From positions 47,352 to 111,351 of IMG/VR virus record IMGVR_UViG_3300029249_000109: DNA of 64,000 nucleotides. One strand, written 5' to 3'. Under the pieces are notes generated by a model. It ran no database searches and was not told the origin of the DNA. It saw only the letters and a list, made by a program, of their open reading frames with translations. The translations under genes and the position numbers were made by a program. The DNA is from a virus. This document shows, in pieces, positions 46,211-55,347 of the stretch; positions within the stretch are counted from its first letter, which is position 1; the number at the start of each line of letters is the position of its first letter.

Positions 46211-47310
46211 AAATTGTCGAAAGTTCTGGCCGTTTACATCTGTATGGCGACGATATGCAGGCTTACGATCAGATCCCAGCTGGCACATATGACATTTGTT
46301 TCGCTAAGATGACCGGTTTTTATTTGACTCGTCGTCCAGATATGGTTGTCGATGAAAAGGTGTACGGTGTTGCCAATGAGAAGGCAGCCAAGGTAATGAG
46401 TACGTTTAAGGTGTTTACTCGGAATCTTGGTGTGATCCTCAGCGGTGATAAAGGCATTGGTAAGTCTCTGACTGCTAAAATGATTGCTAAGACTGCGGTT
46501 GATGCAGGCTATCCTGTTATTTTGGCAAACGAGTACATTCCTGGTATTGCTAGTTTTATTGAATCCATTACGCAGGAAGTTATGGTTCTGTTTGATGAGT
46601 TTGATAAAACTTTCCGTTCTACAGACAACGAAAATCCGCAGGATACTATGCTGAGTCTGTTTGACGGAACTACGACTGGAAAGAAGTTGTTTGTTGTTAC
46701 TTGCAATCAGTTGCGTAGTCTGAACGATTATCTTGTAAACCGTCCGGGTCGCTTTCATTATCATTTTCGTTTCGATTATCCGCAGGCTGAAGAGATTCGT
46801 ACTTATCTACAGGATAAGCTTGATCCAAAGTATTATGGCGAAATTGAATCTGTTATCCAGTTCTCTTCTCGCGTCACTTTGAATTACGATTGTCTGCGAT
46901 CCATCGCTTTTGAGTTGAATCTCGGTACCTCATTTAAGGATGCCATCATGGATCTGAATATCATCAATCTGGACGACATGGCCTATACCGTCACGGCAGT
47001 AACTGAAAGTGGCAAAAAGTCTGTTAGCCATGGTAGTTATGATTTGTTTAATGGCGGTCATGATTATTCTGATTACTTCACCCCAATTGTGGGCAAGGAC
47101 AGTTATTTGATTCGGTTCAATACGGATAATATTGAATTCGATCAGAAGACTGGAAAATGTATGATTTCTGGTGAGAATCTCAGAGTCGAAAACCCGTATG
47201 ACCGAGATTATGAGTGGGAAAAGGCAGATTACGCTGAATTTGAAAAGGAAACGGTTAAGTACATTATGTTTGAACGTCGTGGTGGGCGTAGCCTACATTA
47301 CGCGGTTTAA
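46207..47310 (+). CDS. AAA+ ATPase
   Basis: GDKGIGKS (Walker A), VLFDEFDK (Walker B) and RPGRF (sensor/Arg-finger-like). Confidence 0.7.
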   Translation: MKIVESSGRLHLYGDDMQAYDQIPAGTYDICFAKMTGFYLTRRPDMVVDEKVYGVANEKAAKVMSTFKVFTRNLGVILSGDKGIGKSLTAKMIAKTAVDAGYPVILANEYIPGIASFIESITQEVMVLFDEFDKTFRSTDNENPQDTMLSLFDGTTTGKKLFVVTCNQLRSLNDYLVNRPGRFHYHFRFDYPQAEEIRTYLQDKLDPKYYGEIESVIQFSSRVTLNYDCLRSIAFELNLGTSFKDAIMDLNIINLDDMAYTVTAVTESGKKSVSHGSYDLFNGGHDYSDYFTPIVGKDSYLIRFNTDNIEFDQKTGKCMISGENLRVENPYDRDYEWEKADYAEFEKETVKYIMFERRGGRSLHYAV

Positions 47311-47321
47311 GGAGGCTCAAT

Positions 47322-48149
47322 ATGGTCAAAGCAAATCATTATGAAATCAGTTCTTTTCCTGATGGCACCCCGCTGATCAAGAAGGATCTGACCATCAATT
47401 ATCTCAATGTAATCAGCATTGTCTGGACGTTTGAATCCATGGCCGAGCTTCCCACGGTCATTATGATCGCGAAGGACGCAAAGGATAACGGGGCAGAAGT
47501 CGAGCTGTTTATGCCGTATATTCCGAACGCTCGTATGGATCGCGCCTATCACGACGAAGACGTGTTCACTCTCAAGTGGTTTGCTGACGAGATCAACCGG
47601 TGTGAATTCAGCCGCGTTGTCGTTTTTGATCCTCATAGTGATGTGGCTCCCGCTCTGATCGATCGGTGTGAAGTACGCACTCCGATTCGTGAGATCTGTC
47701 AGGTAATCGAAGAAAGCAAGCCTGATGTAATCTACTTCCCAGATGCAGGAGCAATGAAACGATACGAGGAAACTGTTCACTGGGCACTCGATCGTGTGGG
47801 TTGTAAGGCTTACATCATTCACGGTGACAAAAAGCGTGAGTGGAAGACCGGCAAGATTCTTGGTTTGGACGTCACGGGATATCCTCCAAAGAAAGGCAAG
47901 GTCCTTATGATCGATGATATCTGCTCTTACGGTGGCACTATGTTTTATTCGGCTGAAAAGCTGAAAGAACTGGACGTAGGTGATATCGACATGTATGTCA
48001 GTCATTGTGAGAACAGTATTCTGGATAAAGAACGCGGCCATCTGTTTGATGATCCGGAGCTGATTCATATGGTCTATACCACGGACAGTATCTTCACCGG
48101 CCATCACGACAAGATCACTGTTTTGGAACACAGGTGGGATGAGGATTGA
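47322..48149 (+). CDS. Ribose-phosphate pyrophosphokinase (Prs)-like phosphoribosyltransferase-fold enzyme; candidate ADP-ribose pyrophosphokinase of a NARP1-type NAD+ reconstitution pair
   Basis: GKVLMIDDICSYGGT is the PRPP-binding motif. Sits next to the NAMPT-like gene. Confidence 0.65.
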   Translation: MVKANHYEISSFPDGTPLIKKDLTINYLNVISIVWTFESMAELPTVIMIAKDAKDNGAEVELFMPYIPNARMDRAYHDEDVFTLKWFADEINRCEFSRVVVFDPHSDVAPALIDRCEVRTPIREICQVIEESKPDVIYFPDAGAMKRYEETVHWALDRVGCKAYIIHGDKKREWKTGKILGLDVTGYPPKKGKVLMIDDICSYGGTMFYSAEKLKELDVGDIDMYVSHCENSILDKERGHLFDDPELIHMVYTTDSIFTGHHDKITVLEHRWDED

Positions 48150-48150
48150 T

Positions 48151-48303
48151 ATGAAATTTAATAAAGAAGAAATCTATAACGCACTTGATATTCTGACTTG
48201 TCAAATCCAAGAGTCTGACGAGCTCGGATGGTGTTGTAAGCAGGAACTGAAAAATGTCCTTGACGATTACTTCCGACTAATTGAAAAGGAGAATATGAAA
48301 TGA
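48151..48303 (+). CDS. Small hypothetical protein (50 aa) between the Prs-like and NAMPT-like genes
   Basis: RBS gggatgaggattgat; ATGA overlap with the downstream gene. Confidence 0.4.
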   Translation: MKFNKEEIYNALDILTCQIQESDELGWCCKQELKNVLDDYFRLIEKENMK

Positions 48304-49778
48304 TCAATATTAACCCGATGCTGCTGTGTGACTTTTACAAGACAACGCACAGTAAGCAGTTTCCGGCCGGCACTACCAAGCTGGTCAGTTACTTCACGCC
48401 TCGTATGAGTCGGTTGGATGGCGTGGATGAAGTTGTTGTGTTTGGCGTTCAGGCATTTTGCAAGGATTATCTGGTGCAGTATTTCAACGACAACTTTTTC
48501 GACGAACCAAAAGAAATGGTCGTTCCTCAGTATAAGCGATATCTGGATGCGACCATTGGTAAGGATGCTTACGATCTGAGCAAGATTGCAGCGCTACATG
48601 ATCTGGGATATCTTCCTGTTGAAATCAAGGCACTGCCAGAAGGCACTCGTTGCCCCATCCATGTGCCGTTCCTTGAGATGAGCAATACGCACCCTGATTT
48701 CGCATGGGTTCCGCAGTTCCTTGAATCCTTTATGAGCTCTGAGCTGTGGCATCCGATGATTTCTGCAACGGTCGGAACTCTGTATCGCGATATCGTGGAC
48801 AAGTATTACGATGAAACAGTGGAGGATGGCGTGCCACATGCTCGTGCTCTGGGTGATTTCAGTTTCCGTGGTCAGGAGTGTATGCAGTCGGCAGTTAAGT
48901 CAAGCGCCGGTTGGTGCTTGAGCTTTCTGAATACGGCTACTGTCCCTGCGATTCCGTATCTGGAAGAAATGTATCGTTGCAATTGTGAAGAAGAGCCCGT
49001 TGCATTCGGCGCTGTTAGTACCGAGCATAGTGTGATGTGTTCCAACTTCGCAGTCGATGGCGATGAGATCACTTTCATCCGCCGGGCGCTGACTGAGCTG
49101 TATCCCAATATGAATTTCAGCATGGTGTCTGACTCCTACGACTATTGGAATCTGGTTGATAACATTCTACCGCAGCTCAAGGATGAGATCATGGCACACA
49201 ATGGCACACTGCTGATTCGTGGCGATTCTGGCGACCCGGTCGAAATTGTTACGCAGACGGTTTATCATCTGTGGGATATCTTCGGCGGCACGGTCAACAG
49301 CAAGGGTTATAAGGTGCTCGACCCTCATGTAAAGGCTCTGTATGGCGACTCTATCACTGTGCAACGCTGTGAAAAGATTTATGCCGAGCTCAAAGCACAC
49401 GGTTTTGCCTGCAACAATGTCAGTCTTGGCGTTGGTTCTTTCTCCATGCAGTGCATCGAGCAGAATGGTCAGTTGAAGCCGTTCACTCGCGATACTTTTG
49501 GCATGGCAGTCAAGGCAACTTATGGCGTGGTCAATGGCAAGGAGATTCAGATCTTCAAGGACCCCAAGACCGACACCGATCACTTTAAGAAGAGTCTGAA
49601 GGGTATGTGTTATGTCACTAAGGATGATTCTGGAAAGCTGGTTTGTACTGATGGCCTGATGGATCACGCTGCTCATTCTGACGGAAACATGCTGCAGCCT
49701 GTATTCCGCAATGGCGCGATGATTAAAGAATACAGTTTGAAGGAAGTCCGCGACCGACTGTGGGGAGGGAAGTTCTGA
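48300..49778 (+). CDS. nadV: Nicotinamide phosphoribosyltransferase (NAMPT/NadV)-like enzyme; candidate nicotinamide-ADPR transferase
   Basis: 492 aa of NadV-like length. The N-terminus MININPMLLCDFYKTTHSKQFP resembles phage NadV proteins. Confidence 0.65.
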   Translation: MININPMLLCDFYKTTHSKQFPAGTTKLVSYFTPRMSRLDGVDEVVVFGVQAFCKDYLVQYFNDNFFDEPKEMVVPQYKRYLDATIGKDAYDLSKIAALHDLGYLPVEIKALPEGTRCPIHVPFLEMSNTHPDFAWVPQFLESFMSSELWHPMISATVGTLYRDIVDKYYDETVEDGVPHARALGDFSFRGQECMQSAVKSSAGWCLSFLNTATVPAIPYLEEMYRCNCEEEPVAFGAVSTEHSVMCSNFAVDGDEITFIRRALTELYPNMNFSMVSDSYDYWNLVDNILPQLKDEIMAHNGTLLIRGDSGDPVEIVTQTVYHLWDIFGGTVNSKGYKVLDPHVKALYGDSITVQRCEKIYAELKAHGFACNNVSLGVGSFSMQCIEQNGQLKPFTRDTFGMAVKATYGVVNGKEIQIFKDPKTDTDHFKKSLKGMCYVTKDDSGKLVCTDGLMDHAAHSDGNMLQPVFRNGAMIKEYSLKEVRDRLWGGKF

Positions 49779-50251
49779 TGGCTGGTGTAATCAAAGAAGG
49801 CAACGTATTTGATTCTGACGCAGATATTATTTGCCATCAGGTGAATTGTCAGGGTGTAATGGGATCAGGCGTTGCTAAAGAAGTTCGCGAACGGTTTCCG
49901 AATGTGTATGAGGAATATCACACTTACTGCGAAACCAACAAGGACTATCCGGGACGAATGCTTGGTATCGCTCAGATGGTGCCAGTCGATGAAAAAGGTT
50001 CACGATGGATCATCAATTGTTTTGGTCAGAACAGTTATGGATATGACGGAAAGCAGTACACGTCTGTTGGCGCACTGATGGAGGCATTTCAAGAAGTTGC
50101 AAAATTCGCTAAGATGACTGGAACTAAAGTGGCTATGCCATATGGAATCGGCTGTGTTCGTGGTGGTGCTGATTGGGAGACCGTCAAGAAGATCATTGAT
50201 GTTACATTTCAAGACGTAGATGTTGAGCTATGGAGATTGAAGGAGAAGTAA
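49778..50251 (+). CDS. Macro domain protein (ADP-ribose / O-acetyl-ADP-ribose binding or hydrolase)
   Basis: ADIICHQVNCQGVMGSGVAKEV fits the macro-domain core NAAN...GGGV. Start coupled to the NAMPT stop (tgATGg). Confidence 0.65.
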   Translation: MAGVIKEGNVFDSDADIICHQVNCQGVMGSGVAKEVRERFPNVYEEYHTYCETNKDYPGRMLGIAQMVPVDEKGSRWIINCFGQNSYGYDGKQYTSVGALMEAFQEVAKFAKMTGTKVAMPYGIGCVRGGADWETVKKIIDVTFQDVDVELWRLKEK

Positions 50252-50252
50252 T

Positions 50253-51011
50253 ATGCGCAATTATGAATTTGATGCATCAAAGACAAAAGATGAAATCATT
50301 ACGTGGATTCGGAATTATTTCCGCAAGAATGGTCCTGACTGCAATGCTGTGGTTGGTATTTCTGGCGGCAAGGATTCCAGTATTGTGGCAGCTTTGTGCT
50401 GTGAAGCGCTTGGTAATGGTCGAGTGATCGGCGTTCTGATGCCGCAGGGGGTGCAGGACGACATTGATGTAGCGCGGGATCTGGTCAAGCATCTGGGTAT
50501 CAAGTCGTTCGAGGTCAATATTGCGGAAACTGTGAATGCGTTACTGGCTAGGGGTCGAATTGCTGGTCTGTGTGATTCCAAGCAGGCTCGTGTAAATCTG
50601 CCGGCACGAATCCGTATGGCAACCCTGTTCATGGTATCTCAGAGTATGAATGGGCGGGTAGCGAACACCTCTAATTTTTCGGAGGACTATGTTGGATTTG
50701 CCACTCTTTTTGGAGACGGAGCTGGTCAGTTTAGCCCTCTTGGCAAGCTAACTGTTACCGAAGTAAAGGCTATCGGTCGTGAACTGGGTCTCCCTGAAAA
50801 GTTTATTGAGAAAGCACCTGCTGATGGTCTGACCGGTAAGACTGATGAAGACAACTTCGGCTTTACCTATGATTTCCTTGACAAGTATATCCGTACTGGA
50901 GATTTCGGGGGCGATACTGCAACCGCAGCCAAGATTGATCGGATGCATGATGCAAACACGTTCAAGCTATTGCCGATGTCGGTATATAATTCAAACCCGT
51001 TTGACTGGTGA
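50253..51011 (+). CDS. nadE: NH3-dependent NAD+ synthetase (NadE)
   Basis: VVGISGGKDSSIVAAL is the PP-loop SGGxDS signature. Confidence 0.75.
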   Translation: MRNYEFDASKTKDEIITWIRNYFRKNGPDCNAVVGISGGKDSSIVAALCCEALGNGRVIGVLMPQGVQDDIDVARDLVKHLGIKSFEVNIAETVNALLARGRIAGLCDSKQARVNLPARIRMATLFMVSQSMNGRVANTSNFSEDYVGFATLFGDGAGQFSPLGKLTVTEVKAIGRELGLPEKFIEKAPADGLTGKTDEDNFGFTYDFLDKYIRTGDFGGDTATAAKIDRMHDANTFKLLPMSVYNSNPFDW

Positions 51012-51034
51012 GTCTAATTAAGGAGGATTTAGCA

Positions 51035-51604
51035 ATGGAAAAGACAAAAGTCGATATCTTGGTTGTTGTTGATATGCAGAACGATTTCGTAACCGGCGCT
51101 CTTGGTACTCCTGAAGCTCAAGCTATTGTGCCAAAGGTTGTGAAGAAGATCAAAGGCTGGAGCGGTAAGGTTCTGTATACCAGAGACACTCACCATGAAA
51201 ACTATCTCGAAACTCAGGAAGGTAAACATCTCCCTGTGAAGCACTGTTTAGAGGAGACGTGGGGGTGGCAGTTGATCGATGAGGTTGACGCGACAATCAC
51301 TGACGAGATGTGGGAATCTGACAATCCCATCTACGACAAAGAAGTGTTCGGCTCTTATTATATGATGCAGGACTTACGAGAAACTCTTCTTTGGTATTCT
51401 GACGTGGAAATTAACTCAATCACACTGGTCGGACTTTGCACGGACATCTGTGTTATCTCCAATGCAATTATGCTGAAGAATGTGCTCCATGAGGTTCCTA
51501 TCATTGTGGATGCAAGCTGCTGTGCTGGTGTAACTCCTGAGTCTCATAAGAACGCACTGGCTGCCATGAAGATGTGTCAGATTGAAATTGTAAACGAGGA
51601 ATAA
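51035..51604 (+). CDS. Isochorismatase-family cysteine hydrolase, likely nicotinamidase (PncA-like)
   Basis: VVVDMQNDF and LVGLCTDICV (catalytic Cys). RBS aaggaggatttagca. Confidence 0.65.
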   Translation: MEKTKVDILVVVDMQNDFVTGALGTPEAQAIVPKVVKKIKGWSGKVLYTRDTHHENYLETQEGKHLPVKHCLEETWGWQLIDEVDATITDEMWESDNPIYDKEVFGSYYMMQDLRETLLWYSDVEINSITLVGLCTDICVISNAIMLKNVLHEVPIIVDASCCAGVTPESHKNALAAMKMCQIEIVNEE

Positions 51605-51605
51605 A

Positions 51606-51800
51606 ATGCACTACGTTAATGAAGATATTGTTTTGAGTGATGATGGAGCAAAACGACTCCGGTATCTTCTAAGTCATCCGGATGTAGAGAACACGCAAAA
51701 GAAGTTAAAGGAGTGTATGGACTCTCTCGCTGAAATGAACTATCAAGAGAATGAAGACGGAACTTCTTCTTTTGATATTGACATTGACATTGAGGTGTAA
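51606..51800 (+). CDS. Small acidic hypothetical protein
   Basis: ORF only. Confidence 0.4.
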   Translation: MHYVNEDIVLSDDGAKRLRYLLSHPDVENTQKKLKECMDSLAEMNYQENEDGTSSFDIDIDIEV

Positions 51801-51854
51801 TCAATGGAAGAAATTATGATTTTCGGTTAATTCGTAGCGGATGCCAGGTGAGTA

Positions 51855-51879
51855 GCGGTACTGGGGCAGACATAACCGC
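51855..51879 (+). ncRNA. Conserved hairpin element (motif family 2, second copy)
   Basis: gcggt-ACUGGGGCAGACAUA-accgc; same loop as 22782-22809 with a covarying stem. Confidence 0.35.
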
Positions 51880-51910
51880 CGCCAGAATAGTTTAAATGGA
51901 GGTGCACAAT

Positions 51911-52165
51911 ATGTTTTTACTTATCAATATTTATGAAAGTCAGGAAACATCAGCTTATGTTGCCAGCGCAAGCAAGTTTGAAAGTAATGAGGCGGCTCAA
52001 GAAGAAATGCAGAAATGTATTCGACGCACCTACCGGGATTACTATAGAACGTGGAAAGACGACAAAGAAGACGAGGGTTGCAAACCATATATAGATGGTG
52101 ATGACACGACAATGATGATCGTTGGACGTGATTATAAGGACATTTGGCAGATTTATCATTTGTAA
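51911..52165 (+). CDS. Hypothetical protein
   Basis: Start after aatggaggtgcacaat. Confidence 0.5.
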   Translation: MFLLINIYESQETSAYVASASKFESNEAAQEEMQKCIRRTYRDYYRTWKDDKEDEGCKPYIDGDDTTMMIVGRDYKDIWQIYHL

Positions 52166-52177
52166 GGAGATCTGATT

Positions 52178-52591
52178 ATGTGGACTCTTATTCAAACCGA
52201 AACTTCTGGCGGGAATAACAAAATCGGATACATTGACGCTAATAATCCAGAGTGCGGGATTGTCACGGCAATGTATCGAATTGACAAATATGGCGAACTC
52301 GATTTCTATTACCAGTACGAGATGGACGATGATGTTGTGGCGAGTTTTGAACGCTGGGCAAAGAGAGTTATTGGTGAAGCTAAAAATAAAAAGGATAATG
52401 TCACAAAATGTGCGGATTGCTGCTATTTGGGAGATAAATATAGTTTTCCACTTCACGATAACAAGATTGATGTCGATGATAAAAATCCGTTTCTAAAGCA
52501 TTATTATTGCTGTTGCGGAGATTCTGAGAGATACGAGAAAGATGTTACGAACGAAATCGTATCTGACTGTGACTGTTTTGAGGAGATTTGA
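52178..52591 (+). CDS. Cys-rich hypothetical protein
   Basis: CADCCYLG...YYCCCGDSE...CDCFEE. Confidence 0.5.
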   Translation: MWTLIQTETSGGNNKIGYIDANNPECGIVTAMYRIDKYGELDFYYQYEMDDDVVASFERWAKRVIGEAKNKKDNVTKCADCCYLGDKYSFPLHDNKIDVDDKNPFLKHYYCCCGDSERYEKDVTNEIVSDCDCFEEI

Positions 52592-52857
52592 TTATGTTTG
52601 TAATTGATGAAACGACTCCCAAGATTGCAATTCCTGACGGATATTTTGTGTGTCTACCAACTGGAGCCACGGACGATTATCCGGGTCTTGGCATTTTTTT
52701 CTCTAAAGACGGAAAAACAGTTGATTGGAATGACCTAATTTCAATCACTGAATACAATTCTGTATTTAAAAATATCCAAACGGTTGGCTTTCGGCAGGGG
52801 CAAGAAAACTATGTCGCCGCAATTCGTTTTGAAGATGGAAACATTATTGGAGAATGA
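52588..52857 (+). CDS. Hypothetical protein
   Basis: ORF only. Confidence 0.45.
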   Translation: MIMFVIDETTPKIAIPDGYFVCLPTGATDDYPGLGIFFSKDGKTVDWNDLISITEYNSVFKNIQTVGFRQGQENYVAAIRFEDGNIIGE

Positions 52858-52870
52858 GGGGTATGTGCAA

Positions 52871-53674
52871 ATGGGAGTTTCAAAAAATGTTTATAAAATT
52901 GCAAAAGCAAAGAAAATTTCTTTGAAAAAATTAAGCCGTATGGTTGATATGCCATACACGACTTTGTATAACGAAATAAAACGTGATACAAATGTTAAAA
53001 ATATAGTTCGAATCGCAGAAGCTCTAGAGTGTAGTGTATACACTTTATATGACGATAAAGCAACGGATGAACTGATGGACAAGTTACTTGGTAAAAAGGG
53101 CTGTGTTGAAATTTTGCCTATTAAAATGAATGATGGGAATATCAAAGACGAAGCACATCAACTGATTGATAAATATTTCATGCCAGCTAAAGCAATTATT
53201 GTAAAGGATTTTCTTAATACATACGGATTCTGGGACGCTCCGGCTTCTACCAAATATCATGGCAACCACCCCGGCGGCTTAGCTGAACACAGTCTGGCAG
53301 TTGCAAAAAATCTTTTGATGTTAACAGAGAAGCTTGGTTTGAAGTGGGATAATCCCGGGTCTCCAGTTGTTGTTGGTCTGCTACATGATGTTTGTAAAAT
53401 GGATCAATACAAGTTGATTAGCGCAGAAAATGGTTATCAGTACGCTTATACAAATGATTCAATCTACAGTCATCACGGTGAAAAATCTATTTGTATGCTG
53501 GCGAGTTGTGTCACCTTGACCCAAGAGGAAATTGCTTGTATCCGCTGGCACATGGGCGCATATGAGACCGATACAAACGAGTGGAAATATTATGGCAACG
53601 CCATTGCAAAATATCCAAATGTGCTCTGGACGCACACGGCGGACATGATGGCAAGTCATATCGAAGGAGTGTAA
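52871..53674 (+). CDS. Xre-type HTH domain fused to an HD-domain phosphohydrolase
   Basis: N-terminus LKKLSRMVDMPYTTLYNEIKRD...IVRIAEALECSV (HTH_XRE-like). C-terminus HGNHPGGLAEHSLAV...VVGLLHDVCK (H...HD motif). Confidence 0.55.
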   Translation: MGVSKNVYKIAKAKKISLKKLSRMVDMPYTTLYNEIKRDTNVKNIVRIAEALECSVYTLYDDKATDELMDKLLGKKGCVEILPIKMNDGNIKDEAHQLIDKYFMPAKAIIVKDFLNTYGFWDAPASTKYHGNHPGGLAEHSLAVAKNLLMLTEKLGLKWDNPGSPVVVGLLHDVCKMDQYKLISAENGYQYAYTNDSIYSHHGEKSICMLASCVTLTQEEIACIRWHMGAYETDTNEWKYYGNAIAKYPNVLWTHTADMMASHIEGV

Positions 53675-53676
53675 AC

Positions 53677-53925
53677 ATGCTTGCATATGGGGAGATTTAT
53701 TGTCAACGATGTGGGACTACATGGTATGGCCCTAAGTGTGGAGTGAAATATTGCAAAGAGTGCAAACGCATTGTCGACATAGAAAAAGTTAACAGTTGTA
53801 ATCAGAAAAAGCAGGCAGAAAAAGAATCTAAAGACAAAACTCGTGAAGCCCTCCTAGACATTGTAAGAAAGGCCGACGCAGAAGGATTATCTTATGGGCA
53901 CTATTGTTTAAAGCATGGAATTTGA
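53677..53925 (+). CDS. Zinc-ribbon protein
   Basis: Start at MLAYGEIYCQRCG after gaaggagtgtaaac; CxxC...CxxC. Confidence 0.45.
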   Translation: MLAYGEIYCQRCGTTWYGPKCGVKYCKECKRIVDIEKVNSCNQKKQAEKESKDKTREALLDIVRKADAEGLSYGHYCLKHGI

Positions 53926-53933
53926 GGTGTCAT

Positions 53934-54107
53934 ATGGAATATACAGTATGCGCTAAAGTAATTCGAACATACGAAGAAATAATTGAAGCTGATTCCATTG
54001 AAGAAGCCGAACGCATTATGAAGATCATGTACGATGAGGGAAGTTTGGATAATTACGATGACGAACTCACTCAAATTGAATCTTATGATTTGGAGGAGAA
54101 CCGATAA
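53934..54107 (+). CDS. Small hypothetical protein
   Basis: Start after gaggtgtcat. Confidence 0.4.
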   Translation: MEYTVCAKVIRTYEEIIEADSIEEAERIMKIMYDEGSLDNYDDELTQIESYDLEENR

Positions 54108-54448
54108 TGAATAACGATATTCTTGTTGTAAGCAACGTAACGGGCGCAAGTTATGTAATGAATGAAGATCAGATCGAAGCAGCATATCAGTATCAGGAAC
54201 TCAAACATCGAGTTGAGGACGCAAAGGGTCATATTTACGACATGTTTAACGAGTGTGATTGTGACGAAGAAGCGTTTAAGGAGGCTCATGGTGTTACCTA
54301 TAAGGAAATTCTTGATTGCGCAGAAGATATTGCCGAGCAGTTTTTAAATGATTATGATTGCAACATTCCGGAAAAGGATGAGTTCACTTTTATCATTTGG
54401 AATCAGATGAAACAGCTTTGCAAGGCAAAAGAGGCTGTTGATGCCTAA
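54107..54448 (+). CDS. Hypothetical acidic protein
   Basis: ORF only. Confidence 0.45.
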   Translation: MNNDILVVSNVTGASYVMNEDQIEAAYQYQELKHRVEDAKGHIYDMFNECDCDEEAFKEAHGVTYKEILDCAEDIAEQFLNDYDCNIPEKDEFTFIIWNQMKQLCKAKEAVDA

Positions 54449-54755
54449 CAAATGGAGAACTCTAAGGCTTTCCGAAGCACAAGATCGCCGTGTGAAACTT
54501 ACTGTTGAAAAGAAAAACGAAATTCTTCGCAAATATCAAACCGGAGCGTATTCGCTTAGAGGTCTGGCTAGAGAATATAATGTAAGCCACAAAACAATTG
54601 CTTTAATTGTAAATCCAGAATCAAAAGCAAAAAACGATCAATACATAAAGGACCACTGGATGTTTTACGCTCTCGACTCAGAATCTCAAAGATTGGCACA
54701 TCGGCGAACAGAAGAATATAAAAAACGATTATATCAAAAAGGAGAATTAAAGTAA
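54438..54755 (+). CDS. Hypothetical protein
   Basis: ORF only. Confidence 0.45.
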   Translation: MMPNKWRTLRLSEAQDRRVKLTVEKKNEILRKYQTGAYSLRGLAREYNVSHKTIALIVNPESKAKNDQYIKDHWMFYALDSESQRLAHRRTEEYKKRLYQKGELK

Positions 54756-55339
54756 TGGGACAGAGATTGGTTATTACGGTTCATGCTTTTGACGAAGACA
54801 TCGCAACGATTTACTATCACTGGTCTGCATATACCACGAACGCTCTTCAGGAAGCAAAAGATATCATTGATAATGTGGATTGGTCTAATTCTACTAATAA
54901 AGATGAATTGATTCTTCGCATTACAAAGTACCTTGAAAGTTGTGGCGGTGGCGTAGATTTCAATGATCGAAAAACGTTTGAAGAAAAATATCCAGGCAAG
55001 AAGCTTAGCGATGATGTTAGTAGAAACTATGGGCTGATTGCTATTTCAGAAGATTCTATGGCAAAACAGCAAAACTGGTCTGCAGGAGACTTGACGATTG
55101 ACTTCGATGCGGAAAAAGTCTACAACGATGTAATGTTTACATATGAATCTGATGAAGAATTTAAACAGGAAAGAGCAGACGCTGGATTTGAAGATGACGA
55201 TATCGACGTAAAAGATATCGAGCAGCTTTTGTTTGACCCGACAGAGGTGAATTTCTTTGCACTCGATTCGGCAATCGAAACTCTGGATGATTTACAGTTC
55301 TGTCGCTACTTTGGTCAGATTTATGAACTGATTATTTGA
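54755..55339 (+). CDS. Hypothetical protein
   Basis: ORF only. Confidence 0.5.
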   Translation: MGQRLVITVHAFDEDIATIYYHWSAYTTNALQEAKDIIDNVDWSNSTNKDELILRITKYLESCGGGVDFNDRKTFEEKYPGKKLSDDVSRNYGLIAISEDSMAKQQNWSAGDLTIDFDAEKVYNDVMFTYESDEEFKQERADAGFEDDDIDVKDIEQLLFDPTEVNFFALDSAIETLDDLQFCRYFGQIYELII

Positions 55340-55347
55340 GGTGGATT

